From contig OY970303.1 in assembly GCA_963716255.1 (NCBI GenBank), forward strand, positions 7,712,001-7,776,000: DNA of 64,000 bases. Reading direction: 5' to 3'. Each line of letters begins with the position of its first letter. The first letter of the stretch is position 1. This document shows positions 10,456 through 18,789 of this stretch, piece by piece. A model generated the notes under the pieces. That model ran no database searches. It saw only the letters and a list, made by a program, of their open reading frames with translations, and had not been told where the DNA came from. Both the position numbers and the translations under genes were made by a program. The DNA is from an uncultured Gemmatimonadales bacterium (GTDB lineage Bacteria; Gemmatimonadota; Gemmatimonadetes; Longimicrobiales; Longimicrobiaceae).

Positions 10456-11733
10456 TCAGCCCCCGGCCCGCATCGCTGTCAGGGTCTCGACGAGTCCCGC
10501 TGCCAGCGAGCGGGAAGCCCGCTCCTCCAGGGGGCTCGCCGGCGCGGGCGGCGCATCGGCATAGCGGTGCAGCCGGATGGACTCCAGGAGAGGGGGAATC
10601 GAGGCCGCCTGGTCCGCTTCCTCGCGCTCCGACGCCACGTTCGCCGCGAGCACCGCCGTACGCTCTGCCTCCTGCCACTTCCGCAGCCCCGCCGCGGCCC
10701 TCGCCAGGTTGGTGTAGACACCGGCGGGGACCGATCCGGACACGGCATCTCCGATCAGGTCCCACACCTCGGCTGCCGCTCGGGCATACACGTCCCCATC
10801 CGCCTCGGCTCCCGCGCACCTCGCCAGGTTGCAGCACACGAGCATGCGCTCGTGCGGGCTGCGGATGAAAGGCAGCACGGCCTGGAACACCGGGAGGGCC
10901 CTCCCGAAGTAGCCACGCTCCATCCAGAGACCGGCCACGTCGTGTGCCAGCACGGGGAGCCGCCTGGATCCCGCCCGCATCCGCTCGAAGGCATCCGCCG
11001 CATACCGCTCCGCCCTGGTGAAGTCCTGCACGTAGACGGAGACCGTCATCAGGTCGTGCAGCACGTATCCCTCGCGTACGCGGAGCCGCTTCCGCCCCCC
11101 CTGCATCCGGCCGCGAGGACGCCGCGCCGCGCCGAGCGCCTTCGCAAGGCTGGCGCGCGCCTGGTCGAACTCGCCGTGCTGGGCGTGCAGGTTGCCCAGG
11201 CTGTTGAGCGACAGCACGTAGCCATACCAGTTCCCGTGCCGCCGGGCCATGCTGCCCGCGTGCTGGAGCCACGCCTCGGCGGTGGGGTAGTCCGCCCGCC
11301 GGCGTGCCAGGATCCCCACCCGGTACGCCGCGGCCACGTTGGGCGGGTACGCGCTCGCGGCCGCCCGCGCCCACGCCAGCGCCGTCCCCGTGTGCTCCTC
11401 GCGCTCCGCCCACACCGACACCGCGTCGCACGCCCGGCTCACCACGGCAGGGCGCACCCGCCCGGGCGAAGTGCGCACCGCGCAGAGATCCCGGAAGGCA
11501 TCCGCCAGTCCCTGCGGAAGCGGGGCGCGGACGAGCGGCGCGCTCAGCGCCTCCACGATTCCGCCGGAGAAGAGCGCTCGGCGCTCGGCGGCGGGGGTCT
11601 CCGCCCACAGGAGCACGCTCCGGTGGAGCACGAGGAGCCGTCCGCCCAGCTCGCCCGGGACCTCGTTGACGTTGGTCCAGCCGGGAAAGGGCTCCGGTGG
11701 AGACGGAAGCAGAAGCGGCCGGGGAGTCGGCAT
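10456..11733 (-). CDS. TPR-repeat protein 1 (425 aa), putative peptide receptor
   Basis: Helical TPR-like repeats (AYRVGILARRRADYPTAEAW; LNSLGNLHAQHGEFDQARASLAKAL), conserved LHDL and LAHD motifs; no signal peptide seen. Confidence 0.8.
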   Translation of the reverse strand: MPTPRPLLLPSPPEPFPGWTNVNEVPGELGGRLLVLHRSVLLWAETPAAERRALFSGGIVEALSAPLVRAPLPQGLADAFRDLCAVRTSPGRVRPAVVSRACDAVSVWAEREEHTGTALAWARAAASAYPPNVAAAYRVGILARRRADYPTAEAWLQHAGSMARRHGNWYGYVLSLNSLGNLHAQHGEFDQARASLAKALGAARRPRGRMQGGRKRLRVREGYVLHDLMTVSVYVQDFTRAERYAADAFERMRAGSRRLPVLAHDVAGLWMERGYFGRALPVFQAVLPFIRSPHERMLVCCNLARCAGAEADGDVYARAAAEVWDLIGDAVSGSVPAGVYTNLARAAAGLRKWQEAERTAVLAANVASEREEADQAASIPPLLESIRLHRYADAPPAPASPLEERASRSLAAGLVETLTAMRAGG

Positions 11734-11909
11734 GGCAATGCGGGCCGAAGGGGACGGAGTACGTGTTCGAGCCCAAGTATATGCACGTTCGGCGCGGGCG
11801 CAATAGTGAACAATGTGGACACACCTCCCCCTCCCCGTGCGGACGCAAAGCAGCCGTCCGGCAACTCAATGTGCCGGAACGGGATTGTCATGTCGTGGGG
11901 TGGAAATAT

Positions 11910-12014
11910 GTGGACGCGTCCCCGCCCGATTTCCCCGGCACGACGATTCTGGAGGAGGCCGCGGAGCACTCCACGGCCCGCAGCGCGGCCAAGCTCCCGA
12001 CGGTGCCCCCGTGA
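11910..12014 (+). pseudogene. Possible remnant of the N-terminus of another TPR receptor gene
   Basis: Reads VDASPPDFPGTTILEEAAEH, resembling receptor N-termini (PPEPFPGWTNVNE; EGYDGATILDE); stops after 34 codons. Confidence 0.35.
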
Positions 12015-12198
12015 GCGCCATCAGCGGCCGGGCGAAATTCGACGATTTTCCAAGTGATTGCCGGATAGGGGCAGGCGCAAATTCACGGCGTGTACCGACC
12101 ACATACTACAAGGACTGATCTGGTTAAATCGTTTGGCGATCCCTATGTTGGGCCTACTACACACCGCTTCCGGTGCCCAACCCACCCAGGAGACGATC

Positions 12199-12381
12199 AT
12201 GGACCGCATCCGCCTGCCTCTTGCCGCTATCGCCCTCTTCCTGCTGGCGGCCTGCCAGTCCGCGGCGCCTACCGCACCCGTGGGTGCGCGGCAGCCGAGC
12301 GCGTCGAGGGCGGTGGGTGGAGACTCCGTCCTCGTCAACCAGGCGGCCCGGGGAGGCACGTTGATGGGTTCTGGAAACTGA
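12199..12381 (+). CDS. Small secreted lipobox propeptide 2 (60 aa), C-terminal tail R-GGTLMGSGN
   Basis: RBS AGGAGA; MDRIRLPLAAIALFLLAAC; paralogue of peptide 1. Confidence 0.8.
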   Translation: MDRIRLPLAAIALFLLAACQSAAPTAPVGARQPSASRAVGGDSVLVNQAARGGTLMGSGN

Positions 12382-12404
12382 GCGAAACGACCTCGGCCCG
12401 GGGA

Positions 12405-13679
12405 TCAGTCCCCAGCCCGCATGGCGGACAAGCTCTCGACCAGCCCTGCCGCCAGAGAGCGGGAGGCTCGCTCCTCGATTGGACTTGCCTGCGCGGGCGC
12501 CGCATCGGCATAGCGGTGCAGCCGGATGGAATCCAGGAGAGGAGGAATGGATGCCGCCTGGTCTGCTTCCTCTCTCTCCAACGCCACCTCGGCGGCAAGT
12601 AGCGCCGCACGCTCAGAGTCCTGCCACTGTCTGAGACATGCCGCCCCTCTCGCCAGGTTGGCGTAGACGCCAGCCGGAACGGATCCAGGAACGGCCTCTC
12701 GGACCAGACTCCATACCTCCGCTGCCGCTCGGGCGTACACCTCTGCTCGACCTTCTGCACCGGCACACCGCGCGAGGTTGCAGTACACGAGCAGGCATTC
12801 GAGGTGGGCACGGAAGTGAGGGAGCACCGCTTCGAAAACCGAAAGCGCGCGCCCGAAGTACCCGCGTTCCATCCAGAGCCCGGCAATGTCGTGCGCCAGG
12901 CGCGGTAGCCTCTGGTGCCCTACGCGCATTCTCTCGAAGGCCTCTGCGGCATACCGCTCCGCCCCGGCGTAGTCCCCCATGTACACCGCGACCGTCATCA
13001 GGTCGTGAAGCACCTCACCTTCGAGAAGTCGGAGCCGCTTGCGCCCGCCCTCCACCCGGCCGCGAGGACGTCGCGCAGCGAGAAGCGCCTTCGCCATGCT
13101 GGCTCGTGCCTGGCGGAATTCCCCTCGCTGAACGTACAGGTTGCCCAGGCCATCCAGCGAGAGCACGAAGCCGTACCAGTCCCCGTGCCGCCGGGACATC
13201 GCCCCCGCGTGCTGGAGCCAGGCTTCAGCGGTGGGGTAGTCCGCGCGCCGGCGCGCCAGGATCCCCACCCGGTACGCCGCGGCCACGTTGGGCGGGTACG
13301 CGCTCGCCGCCGCCCGCGCCCACGCCAGCGCGGTCCCCGTGTGCTCCTCGCGCTCCGCCCACGCCGAGACCGCGTCGCACGCCCGGCTCACCACGGCCGG
13401 GCGCACCCGGCCGGGCTCCGTCCGCACCGCGCGGAGATCCCGGAGCGCATCCGCCAGCTCCTGCGGGAGCGGGTCCTGGCCGAGCGGCGCGCCCGGTGAC
13501 TCCGCGCGGCCGGCGAAGAGCGCTCCGCGCTCGGCTGCGGGGGTCTCCGCCCACAGGAGCACGCCCCGGTAGAGCACGAGGAGCGTTCCCCCCAGCTCGC
13601 CGGGCACCTCCTTGACGTTGGTCCAACCGGGAAAGGGCTCCGGTGGAGCCGGAAGCAGGAGCGGCCGGGGAGTCGGCAT
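12405..13679 (-). CDS. TPR-repeat protein 2 (424 aa), putative peptide receptor
   Basis: Start MPTPRPLLLP chosen by alignment with copy 1; colinear paralogue with the same motifs. Confidence 0.8.
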   Translation of the reverse strand: MPTPRPLLLPAPPEPFPGWTNVKEVPGELGGTLLVLYRGVLLWAETPAAERGALFAGRAESPGAPLGQDPLPQELADALRDLRAVRTEPGRVRPAVVSRACDAVSAWAEREEHTGTALAWARAAASAYPPNVAAAYRVGILARRRADYPTAEAWLQHAGAMSRRHGDWYGFVLSLDGLGNLYVQRGEFRQARASMAKALLAARRPRGRVEGGRKRLRLLEGEVLHDLMTVAVYMGDYAGAERYAAEAFERMRVGHQRLPRLAHDIAGLWMERGYFGRALSVFEAVLPHFRAHLECLLVYCNLARCAGAEGRAEVYARAAAEVWSLVREAVPGSVPAGVYANLARGAACLRQWQDSERAALLAAEVALEREEADQAASIPPLLDSIRLHRYADAAPAQASPIEERASRSLAAGLVESLSAMRAGD

Positions 13680-13863
13680 GGCGATGCGGGCCGAAGGGGA
13701 CGAAGCACGTACCTGGCCCCAAGTATATGCATGGCCGGCGCGGGCGCAATAGCAAACGCTGTGCACGCACCCCTGCTCCCCACGCGGGCGCAAAGCGCGC
13801 GTCCGGCAACGCAATGTGCGGGAACGGGATTGTCATGTCGTGGGGTAGAAATATGTGGATGCA

Positions 13864-13905
13864 CGAGACCCCCCGCGCCGGACCGTCCCGGCGCGAGGGG
13901 TCTCG
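13864..13905. terminator. Hairpin downstream of the TonB-dependent receptor gene
   Basis: CGAGACCCC-C-CGCGCCGG...CCGGCGCG-A-GGGGTCTCG, 24 nt past the minus-strand stop; no U-tract. Confidence 0.4.
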
Positions 13906-13929
13906 CGCGTCCCGCCGGAGCGGCGCGGG

Positions 13930-16900
13930 CTAGAAGCCCCGCGGCCCCCCGAACCCACCCTGGAACGGGTTCCGCAGCGCCGCCGGCACCTTCCGCCACT
14001 GCTCCGGCGTCAGGATCTTCCGCACCTCCTCCAGCGCGTTCTGCACGTTGCGCCGCCCGGTGTTCACGTGCGGCCCGATGCGCTGGAAGATCGCGCCCGG
14101 CTCGGCGGCGGCGCCGGTGGCCGTGTTCGCCGCCTCCACCGCGCTGCGCACCTCGCGCTCCACCGGCTCGTTGCGCGCCTCCAGCGAATCCGACACCACC
14201 TGGATGCGCGCGGCCTGCTCCTCGGTGATTCCCAGCGTGTCGCGCAGCGACAGGATCAGCGGCACCGGGTTGGGGAGCACCCGCTGGAGGATCTCGTCCG
14301 CGTCGATGGTGCGGCGCCCGTCCGGCCCCGGCTGCCCGCCGAAGCCGCCGCGGTCACCCCCGCCGCCGGGCCGTCCTCCGCCCCCACCCCCGCCCCCGAA
14401 GCCGATCCCCGCCAGCCCGCCGCCGCCGCCCTGCACCCGGCCCACCTGGAGCCGCCCGGAGAACTGCACCTGGAAGGGCGAGCCCACCGCGAAACGGCGC
14501 TCCCGCTGCTGCCCGAAGCTCTCGTTGACCTGGTAGCGGAAGCGCTGCGTGGCCGGGTCGAAGCCGCGCGGGTAGAGCAGCGTCTCGTCCAGCCGGCCGC
14601 GGCCGCCGTCGCCCCAGCCGCGCAGGTCGCCCTCGCCGTGCACGAGCAGGTCCAGCCCCGCCGGGACGTTGCTGGCGTCCAGCGACAGCGACAGGCGCCG
14701 CCCCAGCCCCAGCTGCGGCAGGTTGGGCCGGTAGGTGGCGCGCAGGTCCAGCGAGCGTGTCCACGGCCCGCGGCAGGAGTTGCGCTCCGCCACCTGGCCG
14801 GTCTGCGCGCGCAGGCACTCGCGCACCCCGCCCGGCACCGCCGCCAGCACCCGCGACATCCCGGCGGCGAGCGCCGTGTCCGGCGCGGAGGCCGGGTCGA
14901 AGACGAAGGCCACGTCGTTGCGCGAGCCGTCGCCGTTGACGTCGCCGCCCACCATGGGGGTGAACGCCTGCCCCGAGGAGAGCCGCCCGATCAGCGTCAC
15001 CTCGAACGACTGGCGGATGGGAAGCCCCGCCTGCAGGGTGAACGAGTGGCGCCGCTCCAGGTCGCTGGTGGCCCACCCGGGGCGGTTGGGGTCGCCCGCC
15101 GTGGGCGACGACGAGAAGCCCTGCTGCGCCGAGCCGGACGAGAACGACGACTGGTCGCGCGAGCGCATCAGCGTGTACGATCCCCCGAAGAACACCCGGC
15201 GCTGGAGCGCGCCGTTCAGTCCCAGGGTGAGCTGCTGCGTCTCGGACTCCAGCTCGGAGTTGACCGCGAACACGTTGCCGTACTCGGGGTGCACGCGCGA
15301 GCCCAGGAACGACACCTCGCCGGTGGCGGGGACGATGGAGCCGGGGTCCACGTACACCGGGCGCCCGCCCTCCGAGGCCAGCCGGAACGCCGGCTCCGCC
15401 GCCAGGTTCAGGTCCCGCACCCCGAACTGGTTGACGCCGCGCACGAAGCTCGCGTCCGCGGTGGCGTTGATCCCCGGGCGCAGCTGCGCCTGGAAGCCCA
15501 GCGACCCGCGCCAGGAGCGCGGCGCCCCGAAGCCGTCGTCGAAGGTCGTCACCGTGGGGCGGCGGCCGGACTCCAGCGGCCCGCCGGCGCCCCCGTCTGC
15601 GCACGCCGAGGGGACGCTGGACGGGTCGGCCAGGTAGGCGGACCAGTCCGGCGTGGGGACGGCGGCGCCCACGCACACCAGCTGCGACTCGCCGCGCGCC
15701 AGCCCCGTCTGGTCGATGGCGCCCGCGTACAGCGAGAACGGCGCGCGCCCGCGGAACTCGCCCACGCCGCCGCGGATGATGCGCGCCGGCGCCCCCTGCT
15801 CGTTGAGGCGCAGTGTGAAGCCGGCGCGCGGGCTCACGTGCACCTCGGAGGGGATGCGGTCGGTGCGCTGCCCGAAGAGCGCCTCCACCTCGGGGTTGTA
15901 CTCCGGCTCCCCGCCGAAGCGCGAGCCTTCCAGCCGCAGCCCGTAGGTGAGCTGGAGCTTCTGCACCGGGCGCCAGGTGTCGCCCAGGTACATGGCGGCG
16001 TTCACGCCGCTCCCCTCGGAGCTGCGCTCGGTGAGCGAGCGCGTGAACGAGGCCGCCCGCCCCGCCGCGAAGTCCTCCAGCGAGTTGAAGGTGAAGGAGC
16101 CCAGGAAGTTGTTGGCCAGCCGCTGCTCGAAGGCGTTGTAGTTGACCAGCCCGCCCACCTTGATGCGGTGCGTGTCCCGCCACAGCAGCGACAGCTCGTC
16201 GCTGGCCTCCAGCGTCCGCTCGCGCGTGGTGGTGGGGAGCGAGCGGTCCCCCCCGAAGGCGAGCTGCGATACCCCCTGCGAGCCGTCCTCCAGCAGCGAC
16301 GTCACGCGCACCCGCCCCTCGGGGATCTCGGCGTACGGGGTGAGGTCGCGGCGGTCCTCGTTGGCGGACACGCGCAGCTCGTTGATCCACCCGTCGCCGA
16401 AGCGCGAGGTGAGCGTCGCCATGCCGCCGCCGCCGGTGGAGCCCGTCTCGCCGCCGCCCTGCTTGAGCTCCAGGAAGCCGATGCGGGTGCTGTCCTGGTC
16501 GTAGCGGCTCAGGTTGCCGCGCAGCATCAGCGAGTGCCGCTCGGAAAGGGTGTAGTCCACCCGCCCCAGCAGCGAGAGAGCGTCGCCGGTGCGCTGGTAC
16601 GCGCCCGTCTGCCCCGGGCCGCCCAGGCCGTACTGCGAGCCCAGGATCCCCAGGAAGCGCGTGACCGAGTCGCCGCTCACCCCCAGCGCCTCCAGCACGG
16701 CCGGGTTCGACGGCGTGAGCGCGAACAGGTCGTCGCTGCGCCGCTGGAAGGTCCCCGACAGGTAGTAGAAGAGCTTGTCGCGGACGATGGGGCCGCCCAT
16801 GCCGCCGCTGATGCGGTTCTGGGTGAAGGAGCCGGAGAGCGGTGACACTCCGGCGTTCCCCTGGAGGAAGGGGTCGCGGAGCTGGTAGTTGAAGGAGCCG

Positions 16901-17670
16901 GCCAGGTTGTTGTTGCCGCCGCGGGTGGTGATCGCCACCTGCCCGCCCGAGAACTGCCCGCGCGACACGTCGTAGGTGGCGGTGACCACCTGGGTGGCGC
17001 GCGTCCCCTCCTGCGGGATCCCCAGCGGCGAGCCGCCGCCCGCCTGGCCCCCGGTGAGCGCCGAGGCGAAGGAGGCGCCGTCCAGCGTCACCTGGTTCTG
17101 CGAGGCGCGCTGCCCGGCCACGGAAAAGCCGCCCCGCTGGTCCAGCGAGTCGCCCTGCGCGACGGACACCACGCCGGGCGTAAGCACGGCGATGCTGGCG
17201 GCGTCGGTGTTTTCCAGCGGCAGCCGGTTGATGGCGTCGCTGGAAAGGGTGCGCTCCTGCGACGCCGTTTCGCCGCGGCCCGGGGGCGGCCCGCGCCGGG
17301 CGACCACCTCGATCCCCTCCAGCGCCAGCGGCGACTCGCCCAGCTGCACGTTGGCCACCAGCACGTCCTCGTCCGCCTCGCGCACCACCGTGGACACGGC
17401 GTCCGCGAAGCCGGCGCGCGCCACGCGCACGCGGTAGCGCCCCCCGCCGTCGGGGAAGGTCAGGGTGTAGCGCCCCTGGTCGTCGGTGGTGGCGGTGCGG
17501 GTGATCTCGCTTTCCAGCGAGGTGACCTCCACCCGGGCCTGGACGACGGGAACGCCGCCCGGTCCGGTCACCCGGCCGCGGAGGATGTCGGTGGTGACGC
17601 CCACCTGCGCGGCGAGCGCGGCGGGGGCGATCAGGAGCAGCAGGACGAGCAGCGAGCGAAGCGGGCGCAT
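13930..17670 (-). CDS. TonB-dependent receptor-like outer-membrane protein with N-terminal carboxypeptidase-regulatory-like domain and C-terminal Gly-rich linker plus LTXXQ (Spy/CpxP-like) domain
   Basis: Signal peptide MRPLRSLLVLLLLIAPAALAAQ; LRGRVTG...TDDQGRY; plug motif GQFSGGQVAITTRGG; alternating beta strands; C-terminal LGITEEQ and LTPEQW. Confidence 0.8.
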   Translation of the reverse strand: MRPLRSLLVLLLLIAPAALAAQVGVTTDILRGRVTGPGGVPVVQARVEVTSLESEITRTATTDDQGRYTLTFPDGGGRYRVRVARAGFADAVSTVVREADEDVLVANVQLGESPLALEGIEVVARRGPPPGRGETASQERTLSSDAINRLPLENTDAASIAVLTPGVVSVAQGDSLDQRGGFSVAGQRASQNQVTLDGASFASALTGGQAGGGSPLGIPQEGTRATQVVTATYDVSRGQFSGGQVAITTRGGNNNLAGSFNYQLRDPFLQGNAGVSPLSGSFTQNRISGGMGGPIVRDKLFYYLSGTFQRRSDDLFALTPSNPAVLEALGVSGDSVTRFLGILGSQYGLGGPGQTGAYQRTGDALSLLGRVDYTLSERHSLMLRGNLSRYDQDSTRIGFLELKQGGGETGSTGGGGMATLTSRFGDGWINELRVSANEDRRDLTPYAEIPEGRVRVTSLLEDGSQGVSQLAFGGDRSLPTTTRERTLEASDELSLLWRDTHRIKVGGLVNYNAFEQRLANNFLGSFTFNSLEDFAAGRAASFTRSLTERSSEGSGVNAAMYLGDTWRPVQKLQLTYGLRLEGSRFGGEPEYNPEVEALFGQRTDRIPSEVHVSPRAGFTLRLNEQGAPARIIRGGVGEFRGRAPFSLYAGAIDQTGLARGESQLVCVGAAVPTPDWSAYLADPSSVPSACADGGAGGPLESGRRPTVTTFDDGFGAPRSWRGSLGFQAQLRPGINATADASFVRGVNQFGVRDLNLAAEPAFRLASEGGRPVYVDPGSIVPATGEVSFLGSRVHPEYGNVFAVNSELESETQQLTLGLNGALQRRVFFGGSYTLMRSRDQSSFSSGSAQQGFSSSPTAGDPNRPGWATSDLERRHSFTLQAGLPIRQSFEVTLIGRLSSGQAFTPMVGGDVNGDGSRNDVAFVFDPASAPDTALAAGMSRVLAAVPGGVRECLRAQTGQVAERNSCRGPWTRSLDLRATYRPNLPQLGLGRRLSLSLDASNVPAGLDLLVHGEGDLRGWGDGGRGRLDETLLYPRGFDPATQRFRYQVNESFGQQRERRFAVGSPFQVQFSGRLQVGRVQGGGGGLAGIGFGGGGGGGGRPGGGGDRGGFGGQPGPDGRRTIDADEILQRVLPNPVPLILSLRDTLGITEEQAARIQVVSDSLEARNEPVEREVRSAVEAANTATGAAAEPGAIFQRIGPHVNTGRRNVQNALEEVRKILTPEQWRKVPAALRNPFQGGFGGPRGF

Positions 17671-17771
17671 CGGGTCCGTGAGCGCGATGGGGTAAGGGCC
17701 CCGCCCGTGGGGGGCGGAGCGGTCCCCGACAAGACACCCATCCCCTCCGGAGCGTTGGCGCCGCCGGATCT

Positions 17772-17798
17772 GTAACGGCGGTGTATCACCCCCGTACC
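17772..17798 (-). promoter_or_regulatory. Putative Pho box upstream of the minus-strand TBDR
   Basis: Minus-strand GGTAC/GATAC/GTTAC at exact 11-bp period (plus-strand starts 17794, 17783, 17772). Confidence 0.45.
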
Positions 17799-17866
17799 AT
17801 CTCGGAACGCCCGCCCGGACGCATTGCCACGACCGGGAGATGCCGGTAACGTGCAGCGTCGGATGG

Positions 17867-17900
17867 GAAGTACGAAGCACGAAGTGCGGAACAGAAGTGC
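17867..17900. repeat. Short degenerate heptamer tandem repeat
   Basis: GAAGTAC GAAGCAC GAAGTGC GGAACA GAAGTGC. Confidence 0.5.
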
Positions 17901-17919
17901 GGGAGTGCAATACGGCGAC

Positions 17920-18055
17920 CGCGTGAGGGATTTCGGCCCGAAGGGGCGAGACCCGGCGGCAGTTTGCCGGGGCTCGACTCCGTTAAGCACGGTAGTTTCG
18001 TGCTTTACGGAGCCGAAGCCCGACCCCGGCGCCAGCCGGGGGCACGCCCGAACCC
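17920..18055 (-). repeat. Structured intergenic repeat, full copy
   Basis: Reverse-orientation copy; variable stem AAGCACG/CGTGCTT. Confidence 0.92.
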
Positions 18056-18081
18056 AGCCGTTCACATACAGCGCAGAGACA

Positions 18082-18789
18082 ATGAGCGCACACATCCTGG
18101 TCGTGGACGACGAGCCGGACATCTCGGCCCTGGTCGCCTACCACCTCGCCCGCGAATCGTACCGGGTGCGCACCGCCGCCGACGGCGTGGAGGCCATCCG
18201 CGCCGTGGAGACGGAGCGCCCCGACCTGGTGGTGCTGGACCTGATGCTCCCCGGCATGTCCGGGCTGGACGTGCTGGGCGAGCTGCGCCGCCGCGGCGAG
18301 ACGCAGGACCTGCCGGTGATCCTGCTCACCGCCCGGCGCGAGGAAAAGGACCGCATCGAGGGGCTCCGGCTGGGCGCCGACGACTACCTGGCGAAGCCGT
18401 TCTCGCCGCAGGAGCTGGTGCTGCGCGTGGGCGCGGTGCTGCGGCGGGTGCAGCAGGCGCCGCCCGCCGCGAAGGGCGGCAAGGTGGTGCGGGTGGGCCC
18501 CATCACCGTGGACACCGGCGCGGCCCGTGCGGATGCGGCGGGCGAGCCGCTGGACCTGACCCCCACCGAGTACAGGCTCCTCCTCACGCTGATGGAGCGG
18601 CGCGGCCGGGTGCAGAGCCGCCGCCAGCTCCTGGAGGCGGTGTGGGAGGTCACCGCGAACATCGCCACCCGCACGGTGGACATGCACGTGCAGCGGCTGC
18701 GCAACAAGCTGGGCGGCGAGGCGGACTGGATCGAGACGGTGCGCGGCTTCGGGTACCGCTTCCGGACCGATCCGCCGGTCGGCGCGTGA
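18082..18789 (+). CDS. phoB: OmpR/PhoB-family response regulator
   Basis: ILVVDDE, DLMLPGMSG, GADDYLAKPFS, TRTVDMHVQRLRNKL, IETVRGFGYRF; phosphate gene context. Confidence 0.85.
   Translation: MSAHILVVDDEPDISALVAYHLARESYRVRTAADGVEAIRAVETERPDLVVLDLMLPGMSGLDVLGELRRRGETQDLPVILLTARREEKDRIEGLRLGADDYLAKPFSPQELVLRVGAVLRRVQQAPPAAKGGKVVRVGPITVDTGAARADAAGEPLDLTPTEYRLLLTLMERRGRVQSRRQLLEAVWEVTANIATRTVDMHVQRLRNKLGGEADWIETVRGFGYRFRTDPPVGA

Larger units (their letters stand above)
10102..13859. repeat. Tandem ~1.8-kb duplication (units ~10102-11914 and ~12043-13859), each holding a peptide gene and a TPR gene
   Basis: Both units begin CGATTTT(T/C)CAAGTGATTGCC and end GGGATTGTCATGTCGTGGGGT.GAAATATGTGGA; the encoded proteins are clear paralogues. 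Confidence 0.92.

Noticed and set aside
10259..12381. Small peptides as classical RiPP precursors
   Set aside because: They carry Sec/lipobox signals rather than RiPP leaders, and no recognisable modifying enzyme or peptidase-ABC exporter is adjacent.
17824..18081. N-terminal extensions of PhoB and other ORFs containing REGFRPEGARP or SGVPPAGAGVGLRLR
   Set aside because: These strings are translations of the intergenic repeat, not protein domains.
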